A DNA stretch of 64,000 nt, taken from assembly GCA_050173015.1 (NCBI GenBank), contig JBFXLE010000004.1, forward strand, positions 128,001 to 192,000. Direction: 5' to 3'. Shown here piece by piece: positions 25,644 through 34,956 of the stretch (positions are counted from its first letter, which is position 1; every line of letters begins with the position of its first letter). Source of the DNA: Calditrichaceae bacterium. GTDB lineage: Bacteria; Calditrichota; Calditrichia; Calditrichales; JBFXGD01. The notes below the pieces were generated by a model. That model had not been told where the DNA came from. It was given only the letters and a program-made list of their open reading frames with translations, and searched no databases. A program made the position numbers and the translations under genes.

Positions 25644-26657
25644 ATGAATAAAGAAACCATCCTGACCGGTATTACCACCACAGGAACGCCGCATCTTGGG
25701 AATTATGTAGGAGCCATCAGGCCGGCGATTATGGCGAGCCGCAATCCGAATGTGTCGTCATTTTATTTTCTTGCTGACTATCACGCTCTGATAAAAAATC
25801 GTGAACCCGAACGTTTGAAACAATCAAGTCTGGAAATAGCGGCTACCTGGCTCGCGCTGGGCCTGGACACAAATACATCCATATTTTACAGACAATCGGA
25901 CATTCCGGAAATTCTGGAACTTACATGGATTTTGACGTGCATGACCGCCAAAGGGTTAATGAACAGGGCGCATGCTTATAAGGCTGCCGTCGCGGATAAT
26001 GAGTCAAACGGTTCAAAGGATCCGGATCACGGTATAACGATGGGACTGTTCAATTACCCGATACTCATGGCGGCTGATATTCTCATGTTTAAAGCGGCAA
26101 AGGTACCCGTGGGCAAAGATCAGATACAGCATATTGAAATGACCCGGGATATCGCGGCCAGATTCAACCATTATTACGGCGATCATTTTGTGCTTCCAAA
26201 CGCGGTAACGGATGAAAACACCGCAATATTGTCCGGACTCGATGGCAGAAAGATGAGTAAAAGTTATGATAATACGATCCCCCTGTTTGAGCCGGAGAAA
26301 AAGCTTCGGAAGCTGATTATGAAAATCAAAACAAACTCTCAGGAACCGGGTGAACCAAAAGACCCTGAAACTTCAACTCTTTTTGAGATTTACCGCGCAT
26401 TCGCGACAAAAGAAGAGACGGAAGCCATGCGAAAACAGTATGAAGATGGTATCGCATGGGGTGAAATGAAACAGTTGCTTTTTGAATACATCAACGCTCA
26501 GCTTTCAGAACCGAGAGAACGTTATAACGAACTGATAAAGACACCGGAGTTCATAGAAAAAGTATTACAGGAAGGAGCGGAAAAAGCGCGGGAAGTTAGT
26601 ACGCCATTCCTGGGGGAAATACGAAAAGCAATTGGTTTTCAGGCGATTGGATCATGA
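25644..26657 (+). CDS. trpS: Tryptophan--tRNA ligase
   Basis: PHLGNY (HIGH), [22 protein letters not shown]. Confidence 0.96.
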   Translation: MNKETILTGITTTGTPHLGNYVGAIRPAIMASRNPNVSSFYFLADYHALIKNREPERLKQSSLEIAATWLALGLDTNTSIFYRQSDIPEILELTWILTCMTAKGLMNRAHAYKAAVADNESNGSKDPDHGITMGLFNYPILMAADILMFKAAKVPVGKDQIQHIEMTRDIAARFNHYYGDHFVLPNAVTDENTAILSGLDGRKMSKSYDNTIPLFEPEKKLRKLIMKIKTNSQEPGEPKDPETSTLFEIYRAFATKEETEAMRKQYEDGIAWGEMKQLLFEYINAQLSEPRERYNELIKTPEFIEKVLQEGAEKAREVSTPFLGEIRKAIGFQAIGS

Positions 26658-26709
26658 TGATTATGCTCCGGATAAAAACTATAGACAATGTTTACTCAGG
26701 TTAATAACA

Positions 26710-27438
26710 ATGGGATATCGTGTAAAAATAGATGTGTTTGAGGGACCCTTCGATCTTCTGCTTTTTCTGATTCGGAAGAATGAGGTGGATATCTATGACA
26801 TACCAATTGCTTCTATCACCGATCAGTTTCTGGAATATCTGGATGTGATGAATGTGATGGATCTTGATATTGCCGGTGATTTTATCGAGATGGTGGCCAT
26901 TTTGATGCATATAAAAGCGCGGATGCTTCTTCCACAGCAATACGGTGTTCCTGAAGATGAAATGGAAGATCCCCGCACCGAACTCGTCGAAAAACTTATC
27001 GAATACAAAAAGTTTAAAGAAGCAGCCCTGGATATGGAAGAGCTTGAAGATAAACGCCGCCTTCTGTACAGCCGCCAGTATTTCAAGTATCTTCCGAGAA
27101 CAGAAGAAATTACAGATGAACAGTATCTTGAGAATGTAACATTGTTTGATCTGATACTTGCCTTTAAAAAGGCCATGGACAGTATGCCTAAAGTCCAGTA
27201 TCATGAGGTCAGAAAAATCGAAGTCACCGTAGAACAGCAATCGGAATATATTCTTGAGAGAGCTGGGAAAGTTAAGGTATTGCTTTTCCAGGATTTGATG
27301 AAGGAAATACGCGAAAAAATTGTCCTGATAGTCACCTTTATGGCTATGCTGGATTTAATTCGAAGCGGAAAAATATACGTACGGCAGTCCGATGTGTTCG
27401 ATGATATCAGAATTCAGACAAAATCAGAAGCAGCATAA
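26710..27438 (+). CDS. scpA: Segregation and condensation protein A
   Basis: FEGPFDLLL, DIYDIPIASIT, EDPRTELV; upstream of scpB. Confidence 0.93.
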   Translation: MGYRVKIDVFEGPFDLLLFLIRKNEVDIYDIPIASITDQFLEYLDVMNVMDLDIAGDFIEMVAILMHIKARMLLPQQYGVPEDEMEDPRTELVEKLIEYKKFKEAALDMEELEDKRRLLYSRQYFKYLPRTEEITDEQYLENVTLFDLILAFKKAMDSMPKVQYHEVRKIEVTVEQQSEYILERAGKVKVLLFQDLMKEIREKIVLIVTFMAMLDLIRSGKIYVRQSDVFDDIRIQTKSEAA

Positions 27439-27453
27439 AGCAGCAGGGAAAAA

Positions 27454-28233
27454 ATGGTCATAGAAGACAAACAAATTATTGAAGCGCTGATTTTTGCAAG
27501 TGATCAGCCGATACCCGCCCGGAAGATCAAAGAAATCCTTCCGGATTATGGTGAAAAGGATATCAAGAAATTAATCGGGGAAATTAATCAGAAACATGAA
27601 GATTCCCGTTCTCCATTGCAAATTATTGAAGTTGCCGAAGGATTCCAGATTGTAACAAGAGGGGAATACGCAACCTGGATCGCGCAGCTTTATAAAAGCC
27701 GTTCAGCTTCCAGACTCACTCAAAAAGGTCTCGAAACGCTTGCGATTATTGCTTACAAACAGCCCATTACGAAACAAGAAATGGAGAGCATCAGAGGCGT
27801 TAATGTGGATGGTGTTGTCCGCACACTCGTTGAGAGAAATCTGATTACTGTTAAGGGCAGGCAAAAAGCTCCGGGAAATCCTTTGTTGTACGGGACCACA
27901 AAATATTTCCTTGAATATCTGGGATTAAAAAATTTAACGGATCTTCCTAAATTAAAAGAAATTGATGAGCTCCTGAAAAGTGATGATAAATTCCTTGAGA
28001 GCCTGGACCAGGTGGCGCTCGAACAAATGCTGCCTGAAATGTTAGGCATAAGAAGTATGGCTGAAGGAAATTCTGATGAGCAGGAAACCATTGATCAGAA
28101 TGGCAGTGACAAAGATGATAAGCAGGAGCGTATAAAATTTACGGATGATCCTGAATTAAAAAAAACGGAAACACATACGCGTCTTCCCGGGGATGATGCG
28201 GAAACTGAAGTGGAAAATGATGAGACTGAATAA
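27454..28233 (+). CDS. scpB: SMC-Scp complex subunit ScpB
   Basis: IEALIFAS, LETLAIIAYKQPIT, IRGVN, PGNPLLYGTT; acidic C-terminal extension. Confidence 0.95.
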   Translation: MVIEDKQIIEALIFASDQPIPARKIKEILPDYGEKDIKKLIGEINQKHEDSRSPLQIIEVAEGFQIVTRGEYATWIAQLYKSRSASRLTQKGLETLAIIAYKQPITKQEMESIRGVNVDGVVRTLVERNLITVKGRQKAPGNPLLYGTTKYFLEYLGLKNLTDLPKLKEIDELLKSDDKFLESLDQVALEQMLPEMLGIRSMAEGNSDEQETIDQNGSDKDDKQERIKFTDDPELKKTETHTRLPGDDAETEVENDETE

Positions 28234-28939
28234 ATATTTATCAAATGCAGGAGTAGCATCACGCCGCAAATGTGATGATCTCATAAAAGCCGGTCAGATT
28301 AGGGTTAACGGTCAGGTCGTTAACACTTTGGGCGCGGTAATCGATGAAAATAAAGATGTGATTGAATACAATGGTAAAACAATAAAGCCAAAAGTTAAAT
28401 ATGTTTACATTTTACTAAATAAACCCACCGGTGTTGTTGCTTCCGCTGATGATGAATTTGACCGGCAGACGGTTGTGGATCTGGTACCGGTGGAAGAACG
28501 GATTTACCCGGTCGGACGCCTGGATTATGATACGACAGGGGTGCTGCTACTTACCGATGACGGAGAACTGACAAACCGACTGATTCACCCGAATTACAAA
28601 GTCATTAAGGTGTACCGTGTTCTTCTAAACAAAAAAATCAAACCGATTGATCTGCACCATCTTAGAAACGGAGTGATGCTGGAAGAAAAGATGACCCAGG
28701 CATGTGTTATCAATGAACTTCGTATAATGGATAATCAAAGCTATCTTGAAATAGAATTAAAAGAAGGGCGCAACCGCCAGATTCGAAAGATGTTTGCGCT
28801 TTTTGGTTATTCTGTAGAACAATTAGATCGTGTTTCATTTGCCGGATTTACCTCAAAAGGCTTGCGGCAAGGGGAATGGCGCTATCTGGACGAAATGGAA
28901 ATCAGACTTCTAAAAGAAGGAGTGGATTATGGAGATTAA
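28220..28939 (+). CDS. rluB: rRNA pseudouridine synthase, RluB/RsuA family
   Basis: S4 domain RLNKYLSNAGVASRR, PVGRLDYDTTG, EGRNRQIRKM; canonical position after scpB. Confidence 0.88.
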   Translation: MRLNKYLSNAGVASRRKCDDLIKAGQIRVNGQVVNTLGAVIDENKDVIEYNGKTIKPKVKYVYILLNKPTGVVASADDEFDRQTVVDLVPVEERIYPVGRLDYDTTGVLLLTDDGELTNRLIHPNYKVIKVYRVLLNKKIKPIDLHHLRNGVMLEEKMTQACVINELRIMDNQSYLEIELKEGRNRQIRKMFALFGYSVEQLDRVSFAGFTSKGLRQGEWRYLDEMEIRLLKEGVDYGD

Positions 28940-30632
28940 GGGTAAGAAGGTTCTCGTATTAGGCGGTTGGGGACTCGTCGGTCTCGCTGTCTGTAAGAGA
29001 CTTATTCAACAGGAAGCGGGGGAGATTGTTATTCTATCTCTGGAGAAATGGCAGGCGGAAGACGCGGTTAACACGGTTAAGGAACTTGATCCGAAAATTA
29101 AAGCCATCGCGGAATGGGGTAACATCTTTGTCCGCAAAAGCATCAAGGACCTTAACAGAGATCAAATATTGGAAGATGCGAAAAATCGTGAAATTGTTAT
29201 GAATGACGTACTCTCCGATTTAACAGATGAGACATTGAATGAATCCTTTTTGTATCAGGTTATCTCAAAACATAAACCCGATATTGTGATTGATTGTGTT
29301 AATTCCGCAACGGCTCTAGCGTATCAGGATATTTTCAGGAGCGGGATAGAAGTGCGTAAGGCCATTAATAATTTTAAAATCAATTCTAAACAGGATGGTA
29401 TGGTTCCAACCATTGAGAAATTATTGATTACGCAGTATGTTCCTCAATTAATCCGCCATATCCAGATTATTTATGAAGCAATGAGAAAAGCAAAAACGAA
29501 GGTATATGTCAAAATCGGAACAAGCGGTACAGGTGGTATGGGTTTGAATATTCCTTATACCCATAGTGAAGAAAAACCTTCCCGAATGCTGTTAAGTAAA
29601 TCAGCCATCGCCGGAGCCCACACCCTGTTATTATGGCTGATGGCGCGCACACCGGATGGGCCCATCACTAAGGAGATCAAGCCAACGGCGGCGATCGCCT
29701 GGAAAAAAATTCAGTACGGAGAGATAAAAAAACGTGGAAAATCGGTAAGATTGTATGATTGCAAACCTGAAGAAGGACTTAAACTTACCGACAAGATTTC
29801 CATCTGTATGGATGAAGGCCCGTGGCAGGATATGGGTGATAACCTAAAAAAAGTGTTTATAGACACGGGTGAAAACGGTATATTCAGTTTTGAGGAATTC
29901 ACGGCAATTACTTCGAGAGGACAAATGGAATTTGTCACGCCGGAAGAAATCGCCAACAATGTAATCTATGAAATTATTGGCGGAAACACGGGACACGATA
30001 TAATCAACGCGCTGGACAATGCGACAATGGGACCAACTTACCGTGCCGGCTATCTGCGGAGCAGCGCCCTGCAGAAGATGGAGCGTTTGCAAAAAGAGCA
30101 TAAATCAGACAGTGTGGCGTTTGAATTGCTCGGTCCGCCCAAACTCAGCAAATTGTTATACGAAGCATATCTTTTAAAACGTTGTAAAGGTACGATGGAA
30201 GCTGCCATACAAGCATCTCCCAAAGATCTTGCGGCAAGTGTAGAAAAGCTGATCAAAGAAGATCAGGCCCTCCGGTCAGAGATTCTCTCCATCGGCATTC
30301 CCATGCTGATGAGCGACGGAAAGACCTTTTTACGAGGTCCGGACATGAAAATTCCGGCCTACAGAGGCAGCAACGAGCTTGATGTTACTGAAGAAAATAT
30401 TGAAAAATGGACAAATGAAGGCTGGATTGATCTGCGCGAAAAGAATTTTCAAACCTGGATCGAACGATTTAAGAAAATTAATGAGGAGATCCAGTCGGTT
30501 CCCATGGATGATACCAGCTCTGAGTATGATCGTGACCGTGAATACTGGATGGAATCAGAAAAAATTGAACCCGGAAAAATAATTGGCTGGCTGTTCCTCG
30601 ATGAAGAATTAGGCCACAGAATGAAGGAATAG
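28929..30632 (+). CDS. Uncharacterised Rossmann-fold (SDR/epimerase-like) protein, 567 aa
   Basis: N-terminal VLVLGGWGLVG dinucleotide-binding motif; internal KIGTSGTGGMG. Overlaps rluB and abuts cmk. Confidence 0.7.
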   Translation: MEIKGKKVLVLGGWGLVGLAVCKRLIQQEAGEIVILSLEKWQAEDAVNTVKELDPKIKAIAEWGNIFVRKSIKDLNRDQILEDAKNREIVMNDVLSDLTDETLNESFLYQVISKHKPDIVIDCVNSATALAYQDIFRSGIEVRKAINNFKINSKQDGMVPTIEKLLITQYVPQLIRHIQIIYEAMRKAKTKVYVKIGTSGTGGMGLNIPYTHSEEKPSRMLLSKSAIAGAHTLLLWLMARTPDGPITKEIKPTAAIAWKKIQYGEIKKRGKSVRLYDCKPEEGLKLTDKISICMDEGPWQDMGDNLKKVFIDTGENGIFSFEEFTAITSRGQMEFVTPEEIANNVIYEIIGGNTGHDIINALDNATMGPTYRAGYLRSSALQKMERLQKEHKSDSVAFELLGPPKLSKLLYEAYLLKRCKGTMEAAIQASPKDLAASVEKLIKEDQALRSEILSIGIPMLMSDGKTFLRGPDMKIPAYRGSNELDVTEENIEKWTNEGWIDLREKNFQTWIERFKKINEEIQSVPMDDTSSEYDRDREYWMESEKIEPGKIIGWLFLDEELGHRMKE

Positions 30633-31316
30633 ATGGATAAGCGGATTACGATTGCGATTGACGGGCCGGCCGCGTCCGGTAAAAGCACAACAGCCCGGCT
30701 TCTGGCAAAGAAGCTGGGCTATATTTATATCGATACCGGCGCGATGTACCGCGCGGCGACATTAGCTGTTCTCGAACAGAATGTTGATATCGACGACGAA
30801 AGCGCGGTTGAACAGGTTGTAAGGATGAGCCGAGTAACCATTGCCCTGGCCGATGATGGTCAGCGTACTTTTTTAGATGATAAGGATGTTACACATTTGC
30901 TGAGATCTCCGAAGATTGATAAAGCAATCAGCGCTGTTTCATCATATGCCGGCGTGAGGCGGGTTATGGTTGAACAGCAGCGTGAACTTGCCGGAGAGGG
31001 CGGCGTTATTATGGACGGCAGGGATATTGGTACGGTAGTCCTGCCGGATGCTGATCTCAAAGTTTTTATGATGGCTTCGATTGAAGCGCGCGCAAACCGC
31101 AGAGTAAAAGAACTTATGAAAAAAGGCGTTCCGGTAGATGCGGATGAAGTCAGGAATGATATATCACGCCGTGACAGGCTTGACAGTACAAGAGATCAGT
31201 CACCGCTAAAAAGAGCTGATGATGCCAGAGATTTGGATAACTCGGGTTTATCAATTGATCAGCAGGTTAATATCATTTTGGAATGGGCGATGGAACTTCT
31301 AAAACCGGTAGCCTGA
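30633..31316 (+). CDS. cmk: (d)CMP kinase
   Basis: IAIDGPAASGKST, DTGAMYRA, MDGRDIGTVV. Confidence 0.96.
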   Translation: MDKRITIAIDGPAASGKSTTARLLAKKLGYIYIDTGAMYRAATLAVLEQNVDIDDESAVEQVVRMSRVTIALADDGQRTFLDDKDVTHLLRSPKIDKAISAVSSYAGVRRVMVEQQRELAGEGGVIMDGRDIGTVVLPDADLKVFMMASIEARANRRVKELMKKGVPVDADEVRNDISRRDRLDSTRDQSPLKRADDARDLDNSGLSIDQQVNIILEWAMELLKPVA

Positions 31317-31640
31317 CAGTTTTTTACAGTAATGATTGGATTTGGCGTCATATCGATCATTAATTTTCTGAGATTCAAACACGAAGTGCCGCATATTTTT
31401 CTGCAGATTCTCACTATAAAAAATTCTTAGGATCAATAAAAAATATAATATTGAATATTTTTTAAAAATGTTACGTTTATAAATTAAAGGAACTACCTAA
31501 TACCCGCGAAATAATTCTGATTTACGGAAGTCATGGAACATGATTCTCTACCGGTAAATCATCCTTCACTACGATTCAGGGACTGATGTGACAGCTTGAT
31601 GACGGGAATAAGTGTTTTTCGTCACTGAATTTATCATACA

Positions 31641-33923
31641 GTGAGAAGTGTTATGACGCAATTTAATCGTCAGTTCCAGATAGCTCTGCTATTGTCAATA
31701 TGCTCCATTTTAATCGCCGGTGAATCAATCCTTAAGGGCAAGGTTCGTCACGCTAACACCTACAATGAAATCCCGGATGTAAATATCTATATCGAAAACT
31801 CCGGCATCGGCACGGTCTCTGATTTCGGAGGTGAGTTTCTTCTCGAAACAGCTAAGATTCCGGGTGACGCGCTCATTGTATTTAAGCATGTCGCATTCGA
31901 TTCCCTAAAGATATCACTCTCAGAAGCATTGAAAGTATCAAATTTTTATCTTGAGCCGCGCATCATTCAGGCGCGTAATATTCTCGTTGAAGCGGAAAAA
32001 TACCAGATCGGTATCATGAAAGACCTGCCTCAGCCATATTCCGTTATTGAAGCAAAAAGATTCGATGTACAGGGATACACAGACGCGGGTGACCTGCTTC
32101 GAACCGAACAGAATATGCAGGTTGAGGAAGAGTTGAATGGTAAAAAAACAGTAGCGATACGGGGTGGGAATGCCGATGATGTCATTATCCTGTATAACGG
32201 TATCAAAATGAACAATAACTATGATAATGTATTTGATTTATCACTTATAAATCTGGAAGATATTGAACATTTTGAAATCATAAGGGGAAGCAATACGGCC
32301 ATCTATGGACCGGAGGCATTTTCCGGAGTAATTAATATCGTTCCTAAAACATATAGAAACTATACCGTACGATTTCAACAAAAGTTTGGCACTTATGCCT
32401 CCGGAGACTGGAGTTTATTGCTTAATCATAATTTCTTTAAAAAACTGAATTTATCCTACAGCTATAAGCAGGGAGCCTCTAAAAGGGAGTATGCCGACTC
32501 ATCTCTTACCGGTGAATATCTGCAGAATAGCCTGTTTTATCATTCCGCCAATGCTGTTTATGATTTCAACGGCGGCACTAAAACAAATTCCGAACAGAAT
32601 TTGAGCATCATGTATTTTCGTACCAATCAGGATTATGATAATACCAGATACGAAGAATCATTGTCAAATCTGAACCAGCTTATCACTATGAGATATACCG
32701 GTCATATCGGTGTGGTGCATGATTTAAATCTGACCGGCTCGTATCAATGGTATGATATCAGTCAGATCATTGCCGCTCAGAGAGGATTTCTTGACCGTCA
32801 GTTCAAAAACAGGTCATTAAATCTGGGTATTGAAAAATCAAAAAAGATTGATCGATTTCAGGTGCTTGCGGCTTATCAGTATGAGTCTAATGAATTGGAT
32901 TATCTGGACGGCAGATATGATTTTGATGAATTTCAGCTCGGCCTGGAATCAGCCCTGCTGAAGAACCATAAACACGGCTTTGTTTCCGTCATAAAATTTC
33001 AATCGCCAACCGGATCGGATTTTATGGACAGGGCGGATATTGATCTGAGTTACCGCTATGATTATGTGAAAAATGAGAGGGGTAACGAAGAATACAGAGG
33101 CATTTCCCGCAGGGATGATGAACAGTTCAGATCCGGTCTGAGTCCCGAAAATATATGGTCGGAATCAATGGTAAAGATATCAACTCATTTATCCGGGCAT
33201 AACAAATTTTTTATCATTGATGCTTATCTTAATGCGGGGAAAAATATAAAATTTCCGACATTATTTCAGCAAATGAGCACACCGCTTGCAGTTGGCCCGA
33301 ATTCGCTGGCAAACTCGCCTGAACTCAGTCCGGAAAAAAACCGGACCATTGAGATAGGTATGAAATTTCTGAGAGAAACAGACGACAAGAGCGGACTCAA
33401 TGGTTGGGAATTTAGCGCGAATTATTTCAAAAATTACTATGAAAATAAGTTCAGGATGTACTACCTGCCGTCCATACCCGTTGCGTTCTATGATAATGTT
33501 CAAAACGCGGACATTTCCGGTCTTGAGGGTAAATGGAGTTTGTTTATCTGGAAGAAGAAACTGACACTTGAAGCCGGCGCGTCAAGGTATTTCATTTCTG
33601 AGAAAGCGGCATTTCCATTTAAACATGAGCAGAAATATATAGCGAATGTTTTTATCGATCATGCCGGCTATTCTTTTCAGGTGCACTGGTTTCATGAGAG
33701 CGAACAGCTTGGATGGGTGCGGACGATCGATGGAAATATGTTTGAGGTGATGCTTGAAGGATATTCCAATATGGATATCCATTTGAGCAAGAGTTTTGAA
33801 ATAAAAGAGTTTAAGTTATTTGCAAATATCAGCGGAAGAAATATTCTGAATGTGAACAGGGAGCTCGAGGGAATTGCGCTGAATGACCGTCGATTTTATA
33901 TAACTTTAGGCGTGGAGTATTAA
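31641..33923 (+). CDS. TonB-dependent receptor-like outer membrane protein with N-terminal CarboxypepD-like domain
   Basis: GIGTVSDFGGEF; plug IRGG...EIIRGSNTAIYGPEAFSGVINI; C-terminal ITLGVEY. Confidence 0.8.
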   Translation: MRSVMTQFNRQFQIALLLSICSILIAGESILKGKVRHANTYNEIPDVNIYIENSGIGTVSDFGGEFLLETAKIPGDALIVFKHVAFDSLKISLSEALKVSNFYLEPRIIQARNILVEAEKYQIGIMKDLPQPYSVIEAKRFDVQGYTDAGDLLRTEQNMQVEEELNGKKTVAIRGGNADDVIILYNGIKMNNNYDNVFDLSLINLEDIEHFEIIRGSNTAIYGPEAFSGVINIVPKTYRNYTVRFQQKFGTYASGDWSLLLNHNFFKKLNLSYSYKQGASKREYADSSLTGEYLQNSLFYHSANAVYDFNGGTKTNSEQNLSIMYFRTNQDYDNTRYEESLSNLNQLITMRYTGHIGVVHDLNLTGSYQWYDISQIIAAQRGFLDRQFKNRSLNLGIEKSKKIDRFQVLAAYQYESNELDYLDGRYDFDEFQLGLESALLKNHKHGFVSVIKFQSPTGSDFMDRADIDLSYRYDYVKNERGNEEYRGISRRDDEQFRSGLSPENIWSESMVKISTHLSGHNKFFIIDAYLNAGKNIKFPTLFQQMSTPLAVGPNSLANSPELSPEKNRTIEIGMKFLRETDDKSGLNGWEFSANYFKNYYENKFRMYYLPSIPVAFYDNVQNADISGLEGKWSLFIWKKKLTLEAGASRYFISEKAAFPFKHEQKYIANVFIDHAGYSFQVHWFHESEQLGWVRTIDGNMFEVMLEGYSNMDIHLSKSFEIKEFKLFANISGRNILNVNRELEGIALNDRRFYITLGVEY

Positions 33924-33927
33924 AATC

Positions 33928-34818
33928 GTGGGAAATCAGAAGATTAAAACAGACTTCAGGGCAAAACAGACTATAATGATTTTGCTTCTTACTATTTCGG
34001 TTTTTGTGATTTCTTGTGTGGAGAATCCATTTTGGGATGACAATATTTCATCAAACGACAGGCAGGTTGTTGAAGGGGTCATTGGGTTAAACGATGATTC
34101 CCGGCCTGACAGCGTTTTGGTGTGGCTTGAGGGATTTGATCTTGCTCAAAAAACAAATAAGCTGGGTGAATTTAAACATGAAATTCCTTTGGCTTCTGAA
34201 CAGCCGGGTGGAGGATTAAACGGAGTATACTATTTATATTCTTATCTCGGCAATTACCGGCTGGAGTCACGACCGCTCCTGGTTTTGGATGGTCAGTTTG
34301 ACTATGGTCAGTCAGGGATTGACGATAGAGGAAAAATAAGCGAAGAAATTATCCTGAAAAAACTGCTCCATATAAAAACAAGTATAGTTCCGGCGGAGAT
34401 TTCCACAAATATCTATGTAAAATTTGAGATTACTATCGAACTTGAAAATGCGGTGGATTCCGTTCAGATAATGACATATTTGGATGCAAATAATTATTTT
34501 GGAAGCATCATATTCAGACACATGTCGGTTGATGGAGATGCTATTTTTATCAGAGATCCGGGCGCCGGTTATGTGAGCCTCATGATAACCGAATTAAACA
34601 GGTGGACCATATCATTCAGTATGGACGGGGGATTTTTTACACCCGGTCAATACGAAGTTATTCCCTTTCTGAATGTTGTTCAGGATGAAGATTCGATTCC
34701 ACCCGGGTTGATGAAAAATTTCGGATTCAATGCCGATGGTTTTGAACCGGATTATCTGAATGTTCCTTTTAAGCGTGAAGCAGCGATTCTTACCGTCAAA
34801 AATCCCACTCAGTTTTAA
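33928..34818 (+). CDS. Hypothetical lipoprotein
   Basis: Hydrophobic stretch ending VISC (lipobox-like); 4 nt downstream of the TBDR gene. Confidence 0.65.
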   Translation: MGNQKIKTDFRAKQTIMILLLTISVFVISCVENPFWDDNISSNDRQVVEGVIGLNDDSRPDSVLVWLEGFDLAQKTNKLGEFKHEIPLASEQPGGGLNGVYYLYSYLGNYRLESRPLLVLDGQFDYGQSGIDDRGKISEEIILKKLLHIKTSIVPAEISTNIYVKFEITIELENAVDSVQIMTYLDANNYFGSIIFRHMSVDGDAIFIRDPGAGYVSLMITELNRWTISFSMDGGFFTPGQYEVIPFLNVVQDEDSIPPGLMKNFGFNADGFEPDYLNVPFKREAAILTVKNPTQF

Positions 34819-34956
34819 TCTGGGACTGATTTTAAACGATAAATTTTGAGAATCAGACCCTTGTAATCACACGTAATTTAGATTATATTAAAAATCTTTA
34901 CTAAAATATTAACCATTAAATGTTTTCTTAATTTACGGAAGGGAGAAATTTAACTT

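Noticed and set aside
31519-31560. Purine riboswitch (TCTACC...GTAAA resemblance)
   Set aside because: Lacks the P2/P3 loop sequences and spacing of the purine aptamer.
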